From assembly GCA_000320545.1 (NCBI GenBank), contig ADNK01001475.1, positions 1 to 64,000 on the forward strand: DNA of 64,000 nucleotides, given 5' to 3'. The position numbers and the translations under genes were made by a program. Origin of the DNA: Bigelowiella natans CCMP2755. Taxonomy: Eukaryota > Protista > Cercozoa. Below, piece by piece: positions 12,330 to 26,618 of this stretch. Within the stretch, counting starts at the first letter, position 1, and each line of letters begins with the position of its first letter. Below the pieces are notes generated by a model, which worked only from the letters and a program-made list of their open reading frames with translations, was not told the DNA's origin and searched no databases.

Positions 12330-12960
12330 TACCTGCATGAACCTCTAAAGGCGCCATATGGCGTTCCAATCAGATCGCAGCTCCTGAACGAGCAAACAAC
12401 AGAGAATTTTGCACTGGACGACGCTCTGTGAAGGTGCTCATCAGAGCAATGGGCCACAACAACATGAACGCACATGCAACACATGCATGCTAGCATGCTG
12501 TCGTCTAGCTATGGCAACAGTCATGCACTAGCTACGTTCATGGGGGCTATGCGATGGGATGCATGGAATAAGCAGGCGAAGATGAGCTGGGAGCAGGCTA
12601 GCAGGGCCCTGCGCCAATCGAAAAATTGATGCTTTTGCTTGCGCACCACCGTGGATGGACAATGTGTGTAATGTGCGTGCATGGCCACACGCGTTATGTG
12701 GTGCATGGGCTGTGCATTGGATTCGACTTGCCAAGCCGCAGCATGATTTTTGTTTCTCCCAGCTGCGCTACTTTATCATTGCATGTGTACGATGTGAACG
12801 CAGTAGTACTGGTTTCGATCACGATGCGATGGAATTTGAGAGCACATTTTCTTTGAGCATGATTGGCACCAGAGTGACGCTAGCTCCGTGCGCGCGGTAG
12901 CAAGTACACCACGCTGTAGACGACAGCACAGCCATTCGCGCACATGCTCTTATCTAATTG
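12330..12960. other. TpA-depleted, TG/CA-enriched intergenic island
   Basis: catg/tgca/cacatg-rich; residual TA is largely in CTAG/CTAC/GTAG/GTAC; CpG is abundant; lies between two convergent 3' ends. Confidence 0.7.
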
Positions 12961-13020
12961 TATGTTTGCTGTAGACAGCACAGCCATTCGCACATGCTCT
13001 CATATCTAATTGTATGTTTG
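12913..13020. repeat. ~53-bp imperfect tandem duplication at the island edge
   Basis: gctgtaga(cga)cagcacagccattcg(cg)cacatgctct..tatctaattgtatgtttg x2. Confidence 0.75.
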
Positions 13021-13476
13021 CGTAAAGTAAGCCCACCTCAACTCTAGCAGCTACTTCAAACAGCGACATACATGTTATTTTTCCTGGTTAGATGATATGG
13101 ATTTCCGATTGAGATCATTCGGGGCAAATTTCGTACATTAAGCTGCTTTGCCAAGCACATTGTTGTACAGCTTGGGACAAAGAGTCCGGACTTGAATTGA
13201 TAATCAACAATAAAATTCAGGCTGATAGAATGTTAATACCACTTACAGAGTGGCTTAAACTTCCAAAATAATTACTATGTTGTTGTGCTAATAATGATAA
13301 ACAGCTTATCTATTTTGAGGTGCCATCGATAGATATTTCACTTTTTCGCTACTACTATACAGGTGAGGATAACGAGGGAAATCAATTAGTGATCTCCTAC
13401 CATAAATTCAGAACTTTGAATGTAATGTTGCTTTCAACTCTTTGATACTCGAGTTTTATGTCCAAAATTTTGAGAA

Positions 13477-13731
13477 TCAGAAGGAGTGAAATCGATTGTT
13501 TTCTTCTTCATCGTCGTCCTCATATGTGTCTTCAACAGGGGAAAAGCAGCAACAAAGAGAGCGGATATTCTCTACGATATCTTCATATCTGCATAAAAAA
13601 ACATTGTAGTTTCCATACAATATTAGTTCATATATAAATGTCAGAACTGATGGTGTTAGACACAACATTCGTTGATGATATAAAATCATATATTAGGAGA
13701 TGAAGAGAGTATGCATTAATCCAAAAGTTGC

Positions 13732-13764
<33 letters not shown>

Positions 13765-14236
13765 ATAAATGAATAATATAAACTATGTCCAAATCAACCG
13801 ACAGGTTCTCTTACATGGGTAGGAGAGCTGTGGAGACAGTCTGCCATTTCTCCAGCTTAGATTCACTACTTTCAGTACTAGATTGCATCATCGTCTTATT
13901 ATCATTATTCCAAAATGAGGTAAAATATGATGGCAGAATCCATCTCCAACAGGAACAGCAGGAAGTGCCTCCTTCTTTTACAAAACTGCCATCTTCTTCA
14001 AGATCCTTCCCATATGATGCATTATCAAAAGCGTTGTAGTTGTTGCTTCTGTTGCTATTACAAGATACATTATCGAATGCGTGCTCCTTTGGTAGCTTAT
14101 TCTTCTTCATCGGGATAATCTGCTTACAAGTACTCTGATGAGACAGAATAATGAAAATGGAGTGAATTTGAAGATGGAAGTGAAGAATGCTGCCGAGAGC
14201 AGCATCCATCTATTGCCTAGTGCAGATTTTATGGGC

Positions 14237-14268
<32 letters not shown>

Positions 14269-14369
14269 ATAATGATGGTGATGATGATAGTAGTGGTGGT
14301 GATGAATAAAAGTTTAAAAATTCATACAAATGTGCAACACTAATGACTGTTAAGTACGAGGAAGACGGA

Positions 14370-14408
<39 letters not shown>

Positions 14409-14654
14409 AAACATACACAATTCTTCCTCCAGCAGCAGCAAGAGCAGCAGGAACAACTTCTATATAAGGCTGAGAGAAAAGGCAATCTTGGCGCCATTGC
14501 AATTAAGTAAACCACGACAATGCTTCCAGAGTATACAACGGCATGTAGCACCACGCACGCTAAAACGAATAGGAAGGTATTGCGAGGAAGAAGTGCCTGA
14601 TGATAATGAGCAGAAGAAAATACCAAAAATGACGTATTACAGATAGTAATAAAA

Positions 14655-14691
<37 letters not shown>

Positions 14692-15477
14692 GCCTCTCGT
14701 TGGATGTCCAGGGTCAAGTGAGAGCAATGCTGCCCAATAGCATCTACTAATTTCCTCGGTGAGTGTAGGACAACACAACACCCTTTTGATGCAGCAATAT
14801 AATGCTTTTGTTGTTGTCCGTCGTTATCTTCTTCATAGTTTTCCCATGATAATATTAGTACCAATTGGTCATCATCATCATCACCATCACCAATCCTTCC
14901 CCTTCTACCTCTATCTCCATCTCTATATATCTTTACTATTATATACCCGCTACTGCTAGTACTCTCACGATCTTATGTGGCATTAGTAGCTAAATATTTA
15001 ATAAGACTACCATATGGAACTTCGTGCCAAATATTAGTAGCCAAAGCAAACTAACCTATGGATTGATAAGTAGGCGTAGATTAACCTATGGATTGATAAG
15101 TAGGCGTAGATTTCATTGAGAAGAAAGGAGGGGAAATAGAGTGATTGCTGCTGTTGTTATTGATGATGATGAATTTGACATAATAGTTGATTCGTACGAA
15201 GAGAGTATTTGAGGAGAGGAAGAGGGAAAAATATCTATTTCCTGGGGAAACAATGAGATCACAGATACTACACATCATTTTGTTTGCATTTTCTTCCAGA
15301 AATATGATTCTCCAATATCATCAAGTTAAGTTATCAGTTATCACTCTTGGGATAATGATTTATTTAACAGTAACAGCTCATCATATTCTGCACCAGTAAT
15401 GATCGGTCGATCAGTATAACACACATCAGTTGTACTGACAACCAATACCCTCCTTTTGAATCCTTAAAGCTGCTCCT

Positions 15478-15516
<39 letters not shown>

Positions 15517-16279
15517 GACTACCAATATTACTACCAGTAGTAGTACCTTGATGTAGTTAAGCACTATATAGCATGGCTGCAAGCTAAGTTCTACACGATA
15601 GTTCCAACCCCCTTTCAAGGACCACATTACAGGATACATTGACCGGAAAAATACATAAACCAGTCCTGCCTTCCCCCCCCCTTCTGCGGATACGAATAAG
15701 CTGTACATCCACAGAAGGCCTTTAAAAGAGAACAATGTGATATACTAATACAATGTTGATAATAACAATTTTGATGACTGACTCCTTTTACCAGTAGCTT
15801 GTGCTTTGTGTTCATGGTTAATATAATACTATGTCGTTTGTGTTCATGGTTAATATATAAAAGAGACACAGTATTATACTACGACTCTATACATAGTTAA
15901 ATACTGATGCTGTCTGGTTGGCTGGTGCTGGTGCTGGTGATTGACGACGATAGTGGCGTGATCATACTACTGATGCTTATAATAAAGATGTAAATACCGA
16001 GAAAGAGAGCTGTAGACTCAGTAAAATTCCCCACTGTACGATCTGCAAGTTCTAGATGTCTCTTCAAGTGACTGAAGTTAGTGAACATCTCTCCTAATTT
16101 GATGACCGCTGTAAGAATAATAAGCGAGGAAAGAAAGTAAAGGAAGATAGGAAAGATAGAAAATTAGAGGGTCTCATACATCATCATAATGATTAGGGAC
16201 ATGGAAAATTAAACCTTAAAATCAAGTTCTAAAAGCAAATAATTCAAACAACAGAGAGGGAGGAGAAGCTGCTGCTTTT

Positions 16280-16312
<33 letters not shown>

Positions 16313-16325
16313 AACTACTACTACA

Positions 16326-16363
<38 letters not shown>

Positions 16364-16742
16364 CGATTTATTAATCATATAATCCTGCTTTATATCTCCT
16401 TTTTAATTGAATGTTGCATGCAAACGTTCATCATCCCCATCTTTATGATCTTCTTTCATCGATTATACCGTGAGCGACAAGGGCCGTTTCACACAGGAAG
16501 AAGTGAAGTAAAGTTGCCAGAACAACGAATGAGAAGTCCTGGTCAACATTCGGTCGCATATAGTTCCACCTCTCCGGCGATGAAGACACAGGGCTACTGC
16601 CTCTCGTTTTGTACATCATTGATTCTCCAGGACGTAGCATCGCTTTGAGCGAAAATTGCAACATCTGATTTCTTCCCCCGACTCGATTCAAAAACTTATT
16701 TTCTAAATTAACCAAACAAGATCGAATGATGAAGGGAATCAT
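13477..16742 (-). CDS. MAPEG-family-like membrane protein with a long Cys-rich C-terminal extension, multi-exon; start could be 16742, 16640 or 16619
   Basis: Exons FSFVVLATLLHFFLCE | LADRTVGNFTESTALFL | GLLWMYSLFVSAEGGGKAGLVYVFFRSMYPVMW fit the MAPEG RxxxNxxE ... Y-x-x-x-R-x-x-Y pattern. Further exons run to IYEDIVENIRSLCCCF...HSF*. One C-terminal junction (~14100-14360) is unresolved. Confidence 0.68.
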
Positions 16743-17164
16743 TTAGCACATAAACTGTCTAGGCATTAATACCACATACATATTGACTTTACCCTTCCTC
16801 TCTGCAAAGCAGCAAACTAGCAGTCTTCGGAGAGATGACTGGTCAATGAATTTGAGTACCACAAGCCCGAAATATCCTAAAGGCCTAAGGAGACATGTTT
16901 TCTCCCTACGACATATAAATGTATTTGTCGCTGCCTTTTAATTGGGAGATATTTTTGCGCTTGTTGGAGTTCGTGTCACGTAGCCAGCAACCAAAAGATA
17001 AGTTGGTTCTTCACAAAGATGTGTACGACACACGATTACAAAAGGACGGAATAATTTCCCTACGACATGATTTTGTTGTTAATTATTTGTTTTTTAAGCA
17101 CTTTTAGCCCTCCCTTTTATTGTTCGTTTCGAAGAAAAACCAAGAGTAGGTTAAGTTAGATCTA

Positions 17165-17443
17165 GTAGATCTAGTACGAGTAGTTCGATGCTTCTTTGGC
17201 AGAAAACTGAAATAATACAACAATAACAACAACAATGATAGATATCGGTAGGAAGAAGTCGTAGATTAGTGAGTAGTTCGATGTTTCTTTGGCAGAAAAC
17301 TGAAAATGATATAACAATAATAACAACAACAATGATAGATATCGGTAGGAAGAAGTCATAGATTAGTGAGTAGTTGGATGTTTCTTTGGCAGAAAGCTGA
17401 AAATGATATAACAACAATAACAACAACAATGATAGATATCGGT
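17165..17443. repeat. ~96-bp tandem repeat x3 in a divergent intergenic region
   Basis: gagtagttcgatgYttctttggcagaaaactgaaa...caacaatgatagatatcggtaggaagaagtc repeated three times. Confidence 0.9.
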
Positions 17444-18049
17444 CGGCGTCTATTGCACATGATGTCTACCAAAAGTTCACCCCTCGGCTAAATAGATGAT
17501 CATCATCCAAGATCAACACGGAGAGGAGGAGGAGGAGAAGGAGAAGGAGAAGGAGGAGGAAAAGGAGGAGGAGGAGGAGGACCTAGTAATAAGATGACTA
17601 CTCATTTACCCCCTCTCCCTTCTCCATGTGTACGTTCCTGGTCCTCCTGCTACTACTTTTGGACTGCTGTAGTATCCCTCCCCGTCTTTACTGCTCCCGT
17701 GAATGAGATGACACGATCATCGTGATTGCAATACGTTACTACAGTCAACTTCATTCTGCAACGATAACATTACTGGAAATATTCAAAACATCACTTATTA
17801 TGCACTGCAGCGAGAAAGTAATAATTAGAAATTCATGCTTTGTCACCTGTAAAGTATAGTTGTTGGGGTTCGGAAGGAGGAGGAGGAGGAGGAGGAGGAG
17901 GAGGAGGAGGAGGAGGAGGAGGAGGAGGAGCTGTCTAACCCCCCCCCTTCCTCCCCCTCTCTTTCCTCTATCTCTTCTTTATTTTTAACCACAAACATTG
18001 ATTCAGTTGTAGTACAGCCATTATAGTAGTAGTAGTGGAACAGAGAAGA

Positions 18050-18686
18050 ATGAAGATGTTTTCAAAAACATATAACAACAACAGCCGCTGCACTGAATCG
18101 GCAGACCGAAAGTGCGACTACTACCGGAAGCAAAGGGAAAAGAAGAAGAAGAAGATGAAGAAGAAGAAGAACACACGCTGTGAAGTGTTTTCGGTAAGGA
18201 GTAACATGAATGTTGGACTAATGAATTATACATTGCTGCTCCATTTTTCATCGTCTCCATTCTATTATCAATTATCCAGTAGTTAGATACTCATCCTCCT
18301 ATCTCCTCTCTTTCTTCCTTCTATCATCGATTATCCAGAAGTCGTCGCTGATACTTCTCTTTCCTTCTATCATCAATTATCCAGAAATCGTCGCTGATAC
18401 TTCTCCTGGCTCTAAGCACTACTCTCTGTTGCTACAGAGGATTCGATGAAGAAGAAGATGATGCTGCTTCTGCAATAATAATAGGGAATAATGCAAATCA
18501 GCAGGAGCAGAAGCAAAAATCATCGCCTATCTATACCATGAAGAAGAAATGTGGATGGTATTAATTAAGTATCTAGCCGTACATTGAATGAACAAGCCGT
18601 AAATGCGCCAAACACATTCGACTATACGCTAGTACTGAAATATAAGGTTACATCATGTCTATTGATGATATTGATCCCGTACCTTA

Positions 18687-18727
<41 letters not shown>

Positions 18728-20705
18728 GTCCCCATGCTTCTCACTCTCTCTCCACCCCCCCCTCCTACTCTATGCCCCCATACTCACTCACATGATCATA
18801 TGTTCTTATGGTCCTTATTCCTTCTTCTTCTTGTTCTTCTCTTCTTCTTGTTCTTCTCTTCTTCTTCTTTTTCATAATGTCCACTGCAGTTACCAATCAA
18901 GTAGGGTTCGTCGTCGTCGTGTTGTTTCACAAACTTCTTTCTCTGCCCCTCCTCCTCCTCCTCCTCCAAATGCCCAGAGCACAACCGTGTATGCAAACGT
19001 TGGCAAACAAAGAAAGCAGGTCCAAATTATGGCCGTTTTTCTACCGATGCTCACAAGAGGTGAGGGAGGCAGCTAGTAATCACTGAAAATAACAGTAGCA
19101 GCAGCAGGAGAGCTTATTCTTGAATTCTGTTAGATAATACATGATGATCATATGTTAGTAATGATGGTGCTTGGTATTGTTTCCAATATTGTTGTCGTGT
19201 TGGTAGTGATGATGATATTTATGTTTGATGATCGATCATATTTGTTGATGGTAGTTAGTTGCTATTATACGGTTTGTGTTTCATGCGGAAAATATCGTGA
19301 AGTAAAAGCAACAGAAATAGTAATTACAGTAAGTAGTACCATTACTACTACTATATAGTAGTAGTAATGGTAATAATTATAACAATAAAACTACTTTTCC
19401 CATGAGGTATATGTGGCGGTGAGTTATTAAAATGGTGGCCTGATGTGATGATTCGATCTGTTCGATGATATGTCTTTATCTACCATATTGATGATGCACA
19501 ACGAACAACAGGAGAGAAGATGCAATTTCTTTGCATGGTCTACTACTCCTACTGCAACTACAACAACAACAACAACAACTGCTACTACTACTACTGGTGA
19601 CAAACAGTCACCTCACACTAAAACAAAAGGGGAAGAGAAGAAAGAAGAGGAGGAATCAACTACAACAAATGATAAATTCAGGAAAACAAGCAGCAGGATA
19701 ATGATGATAAGTGGTTCCACTGCTAAAGCTAATTCTACTACTATAAGTGCTACTACTCTTCTTTCTAATCATCATCATCCTCTATCGCCACTCCAACCAC
19801 CTACCCTCCAAAATCCGTATCAAAAAAAGAAGCAGCGAATTAGAGGAGGAGAGCACGAAAAGAGAGGTAGAAGAGGGCCTCATTTCAGAGAAAGCAAAGG
19901 AGGAGGAGGAGGAGGGGAAGGAAGGGGGGGAGGGGGAAGGCGGCGAAAAAGCAGCAGCAGCCCTCCCACAAAAGGTGGTAGTAATTATAAAATCGATATA
20001 TTTTTACATTCCTTCCTTTCCTCCCTCTTTGCAATCTTTTGTTTTGTTGGCCATGTATTGCATGTACTTCATTGTTGCTAGTAGTATGAACAACATCCCA
20101 TCATCATTATCGGTATTCATTGTGATCATCATCACCATCATACGTTACTATATACTCATTTCACTGTTTAAGATACTAGTCCTTCCATTGTCCTCATCTG
20201 TTTTGAGAACATTTTTACATTGCTCGTGGTTTCAATTTTAATATCCACTCCTCAATTTCTTCTTAAATACATTATCATTAGCACCACCACCACCACCACC
20301 ACCACCAGCAACTATGCTGAAGAAGATGAATTCCAAGATCCCAGTAAACAATGCAGGCTCTACAACTACCACGCGCTGTAGAGGACGAGGAGGCCAAAAA
20401 ATAGGAAGAGGAGAGAGGGGGGGGACAAAACGAGGAGGGCACAATGACTTCTCATTTGAGAAAAGGAGGAAGAGTCCATCATCATCATCATCATCATCAT
20501 CAAAGTCAATGAAGAAACAACCTCGGAATGGACTTATTCTTTGTATTGCGGAGAAACCCTCTGTCGCACGTGCAATTGCTACCGTGCTAAATGACGACGT
20601 CAAGCAAAAACAAGAACAACAAAACGAACACTACGATAGAGAGAAAAAGCAGAGGATATTTGGGGAATTCTATGACAGTGTCAATCGAATTTGTAGCCGT
20701 GGAGA

Positions 20706-20737
<32 letters not shown>

Positions 20738-21676
20738 CTTCTTCTTCCTCAATAATGAAGAAAAGAAAAGGACTAGCAAAATACAATCCGGTGAGAGATG
20801 ATTAGAGCATCAACTAAAACATTCATCAAAGGCATCTCAGCAGATACAACATATGCTGCTGCTGTTGGTTCTACATACTCCTAGAATACTTAGTATTTGT
20901 TGTAAGACTTGTGAGTCTGCAAAGAGAGTAGTATCAAAAACATTCTAATACTATTGTTATTTGTTTTCCTCAACTACTTTTTCCATATTGCTACATCTTG
21001 TAATAAATACGACATTACAATTATTGGATATTATCAATATCTGTATATACTATTTCTGTTTCTACCACCATCTTGCACGCACACAAATATGATGGACATT
21101 GTCTACAGTGACAAAATCAACACTAAGTACTCCATTCCTTTCATCATCATCATCATCATCATCATCGTCACATTGGTAATACTTGTTGTGTGCATGTAGG
21201 TGTTTGATCTTGTATGGCAGGGATATCACGTATCTGTGACCTCGGTTTTAGGGCATATCATGAATATGGATTTTAAAGAGTGAGTGTGTTGTGTGATGAT
21301 AATGATGATGATGATGATGATGATGATAACCATGGCACGCATATGAAAAGATATTATACATTGTTGGTATTATTATTAATATTTACAGATGATTAATAGA
21401 TATGAACTACTAACACTACAATCTATCTATCTTTCTAAATATTATCATTGGGGATGTTATCAGATCAAGATACGCTATAGGTGGAGGGGGGTGGGGAAGT
21501 GTGGATCCAAAGCTCCTATTTGGGGCAAAAGTGCACAAGCTTATTCCTAAGGACATGTTAAAAACCGTGGAGAACATCAAGGTAGTAGTAGTAGTAGTAG
21601 TAATGGATGGTAATAAGAAAAGTAGTACTGGTACTGCTGCGACTACTATTATCACTACTTGTAGAACTGATGCTAT

Positions 21677-21708
<32 letters not shown>

Positions 21709-21816
21709 AGCTACTTGACACTGCTGCTACTATCCATTTATTGAATTATTACTCTTGTACGAAATTAGAGACTATAAGCAATGCTAATAATCACGCATTC
21801 ATCATGCTATCTTCTG

Positions 21817-21850
<34 letters not shown>

Positions 21851-22135
21851 TTCATGGTAGAAAGAGGCTCAAAGATGTTCCCACGTGATATTATTTTTGG
21901 ATTGTGATAGAGAGGGGGAGAATATTGCTGCTGAGGTGGTATACATGTCTTGCGATTAGAATATTGATCAGAAAAAGAGAAGAAGAAGAAGAAGACTCAC
22001 TAGAGCCCCAATCAATCGTTATTACGCTACTGCCTACCTACCTACCAACCATTAGTTTCTCATCAATCCTTGTAGTAGAAGACCATAATAACAATAATAA
22101 TACCCTACTACTTACTACCCTTACAAACACCATGG

Positions 22136-22168
<33 letters not shown>

Positions 22169-22251
22169 TCAATAATAATAATAACACTCCTTCTTCCCTC
22201 CCTTCTCCCTTACTTCTGTCATTGTGCAATTATTATTGTTCCCCATTCATT

Positions 22252-22283
<32 letters not shown>

Positions 22284-22305
22284 TTATTCTCTCTCTCCCT
22301 CTCTC

Positions 22306-22350
<45 letters not shown>

Positions 22351-22647
22351 TCCTACTTCTACTACTCTCTATTCTTCTTCTTCTTCAACATCATAGGTAG
22401 CTGCAGCGTGTGTACAAGCAAATCCCAGTCTAGGAGTCGAGAATCGTATCGCACGTGCTTTCTTCTCCTCCTTATCCCCAAATGAAATACGGTTGTGTGC
22501 GTGCGTGTGTGTGTGTGTGTGTGTGTGTGCGCACGTGTGTGTATATTATCATCGCTTGATGAAAGTGATGAAAAACAAACAATCAGCAAATTCCTGACTT
22601 TCTCGTGCATACTCAGTAGTAGTATGTTTGCTACTACTACTACAGCA

Positions 22648-22692
<45 letters not shown>

Positions 22693-23080
22693 TGGCCTCT
22701 CTTTAAGAGGGATGTAGGGCACATATTTTAATTTATTATTGATGTCATTTATCATTTGTCTTTGGTGCCGTATTTGTGTTCTTATAATCGTCTTCTTCTT
22801 CATCTTCTTCTCATTCAGAAAAGCTATGAGAATGCCTGGGAGATTGAAATATGAGTTTGCTTACGCTGTAGATGCGAGGAGAGAAGTAGACTTAAGACTT
22901 GGAGCGGTTAGTGCTATTTTTTGTGTTGATGTGATATTATCTAAGACAAAAATGATGACAGCCCTTCTCCTTATCTTTCTTCTTCATCATCATCACCATC
23001 TTCTTCTTCTTTTGTGCAACTATCTATTTATCAAGACGATGGTATTTTAAATGATTCATCATTATCCCTAGAAAGTATTG

Positions 23081-23117
<37 letters not shown>

Positions 23118-24117
23118 TATTAGTAGTAGTTGTAGCAATAGTAGTAGCGGAAGTAGCAGTAGCAGAGCAGGGGCATACTAATATATTTTATGGAAGAACA
23201 CTCGTGTGTACATATGCATACACTGAATAACATTTATCATTTACATTTTACTATTACTATCATAACTATTTTTATTATTGTTATTATTATTATTAATGTT
23301 ATTCCAACATCCACTGTAATTACTACCAATGACCGACATCGTAATGCTTTGGAATCATCATCCATCATGCATCATATCAAAGCGTATATTCTAGGAACTT
23401 TCCTCAAAAAGATATCTTTCATATCTAAGGGGGGTGATGATATCGATCAAATGTTTGAACACGTATGTAGGTATTTACGAGATGGCAAACCTTACTTCTG
23501 AAAGACTTTTTGAGAAAGTTCAGTGGTGAAGGAAGAGGAGTGATAGCACTACAGCCATGCAATAATAGCTTGAAAAATAAGAAATCAATGAGTAACGTCG
23601 TAAGTTATGGTCCTTGTCAACTACCAACGCTTGGCTTTATCGTCCAAAGATATCTGGAGATCAGGTACAATATATATATATATATATATTGTAAATATAG
23701 TATGAAATTCCCTAGAACCACGATATATTTACTGAACGTTCTGATCTATGATAACTATGATTAGCGTGTTTAAATACTGATTTATTCTACCTATAAATAT
23801 GAACAACACGTAAGGAATTTCACAAGCAAGCCATTTTGGAAGTTATGGTAATTTCAGTTTCAGTGATTATTCTAAAGCTTGGGATAGCAATTATTGAAAT
23901 GATAACAATACAAACTTAAAAATGTGAGAAACATCCGATCGTGCTGCTGCTGCCGCTGCGGCTGCTGCCATATGGAGTTATTATTATAATGATGAGTAGA
24001 TAATATTACTTGATGATGATGATGGTGTGATAACGACGATGATGTGGGATGATATGTCAATTTGAAGTGAATATAGATATTGCGCTAGGAGATCAATCAT
24101 CAACTGTTGGTAGTAAC

Positions 24118-24151
<34 letters not shown>

Positions 24152-25220
24152 TTGTGGATGTTCAGAAATCTCATTCACAACTACTACAACTACTACTAAT
24201 TACTACTACTACTACTACTACTACTACTATGGCATACAGCCTGCAACATAAACAACAGCGAGGAGGAGGAGTAGTAGATAAAAGCAACTACTAATTACTA
24301 CTACTACTACTACTACTACTACTATGGCATACAGCCTACAACATAAACAACAGCGAGGAGGAGGAGGAGTAGATAAAAGCTGCATCAAGTCCTCCTTCCT
24401 TTCTTCCTCACCGACTAATTGCAAGAACACAACCTTTACAACAACAAAAAAAGTAGGTGCTCCGTGTAATTTTTGAGGAGAATGATGATATTTTCTAGAT
24501 TATCTATATTAGCATATATATAAAGTGATCTAGAAATATTTAATATTTATGTTATGAGCTGACGAGAATGTAAGCCCCCCAATCGTCAAAGCTCATTAAT
24601 AATCTTTCCGAAAATAAATATCTTCTAGAAGAGGTGGATGCCGTCAGTAGCTCAACAACAACAACAACCAAAAGCAGCAGAAACAGCAAGAATCGATGGT
24701 AGAGGTATTTATAATTGTGATGTGCCGTCAGTAGCTCAATACCAACAATAACTACTACCAAAAGCAGCAGCAGCAGCTGGAATCGATGATAGTGGTATTT
24801 ATGATAGTTATATGGATATAAAAGCAGGTGGCTCATTCAACAAAGAGGATGATGACGATGATAAAGAAGAAGAAGAAGAAGAAGAAGAAGGAGAAGGAGG
24901 AGGCTTGAAGAGACCGATGGTGACTGTATCATTCAGCTGGCTTAGAGAACCTCGCAAGAGTTGTGATCATTGCTGTGGTATATTAGACAAAAGCAATGTT
25001 AGTCACAACATGGAACCCCTCTTGCAAAAAGAAGAAGAGGCAGAAGGAATTAAGTCTCCCGGTTTGACCATGAAGAGAGCATGCTATCCTGTAGAACAAA
25101 TGTTCCAACAACGAGAAGACAAACGATTGCGCCAAGATCAACTGAATTATGGGTTGGTAGAGGATGATGAAAGCACAAGACCCCAGCCATCTTCTTGGAA
25201 ATCGTCTCCGCTCACTACTG

Positions 25221-25251
<31 letters not shown>

Positions 25252-26162
25252 CACTGAGTCTAATACTACTACTACAACCGAGAAACTTGGACATTTTCAT
25301 CATCAGCATGCAGCATCATCAGCAAAGCAAAAAGGCGGAGTAGGAGGAGGAGGAGGAGGTTATTCCTCCTCATCATGGTCGTCCTCCTTCTGTTCATGTG
25401 CTTCTTCTTCTTCTTCTTCTTCTTTATTCTCCTCGATTCCCGCATCAGCTGCATCGTCATCTAGGTCCTTCACATTCAATCGTACAGAGGTTGTTGAGGC
25501 ATTGAAAAGGTGTAATGAAAGACCAGGAGCCACTATATCGCAAGTAAGTAGTACAAGCAGAAACGAATAAATCCAAATCAGGATTTCCATAATCATCCAT
25601 CGATTTCACAATATTTTGGTTTAATACCGAGGCTAACACCAGAGAATTTTTCTCTTTTTCCATTCACTCTCATATACTCACATATGTATATAGGTGCTCA
25701 ACAAGCCAGTAACTTGGAAATCGCCAGTTACGAATAAACTACGTAGTTAGTAGGCATCCGAATATGATAATATACTTCTCTTTGAAAATGTTGGAGAGAA
25801 GTAATCTTGTATAATTAACAGCAGGTCTAATGATATATGATGAAATCGTCTAATTGATGATCAATGGTTAGGTACCTCTTGCAACCGTTGAAATGCAAAA
25901 GCGTGCATCAAAATATTTTAATTTCAAAGGAAAAAGAACTATGGAAGCGGCAGAGGTAGTAATATTATGTTAATTGTCACTTTTCGCCAAAAGATCGATA
26001 ACATAAGTAAAAATTTATTTTTATGATTCATTTTTATCGGTACCATCAAAGTTACCTTGATTATCATCGCTTAAGAAACATGTTATATGCTTTTCGTGAT
26101 GAAGCCAACAATATTTTACCACATTCGTTCATATTATATTTTGTACTTATCGATGGTGTCCG

Positions 26163-26197
<35 letters not shown>

Positions 26198-26583
26198 TTT
26201 CTATTACTGCTACAGCGTCTTTATCAGCGTGGACTTATATCGTATCCAAGGACAGATACCGACGTATTTTCAAATGAATTTGACCATACAAAGATTCTAG
26301 AAACTTTGGCAGTAGCCAATAAACAAGATTATCGTCGTGATACTTCATCAATGAGAAACGAGTACTGGAAAACATACGCTCGGTCATTACTATTAGCAAG
26401 TAGTAGATTAGGCATCAGCAGCAACTACAACCATATGAATCACAGCAGAAGCGCACCGACTAACTTTCAAAGGCAGCATCATCGTCCATCTTCTGGCAAT
26501 TCTACTACACAACAAATCTACTTTCGGAGGCCCAGGGAGGGGAACCATGACGATAAAGCACATCCACCTATCCATCCAACAGG

Positions 26584-26618
<35 letters not shown>

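Noticed and set aside
17165-17443. CRISPR array or coding repeat
   Set aside because: Whole units are repeated head to tail with no unique spacers; an ordinary minisatellite.
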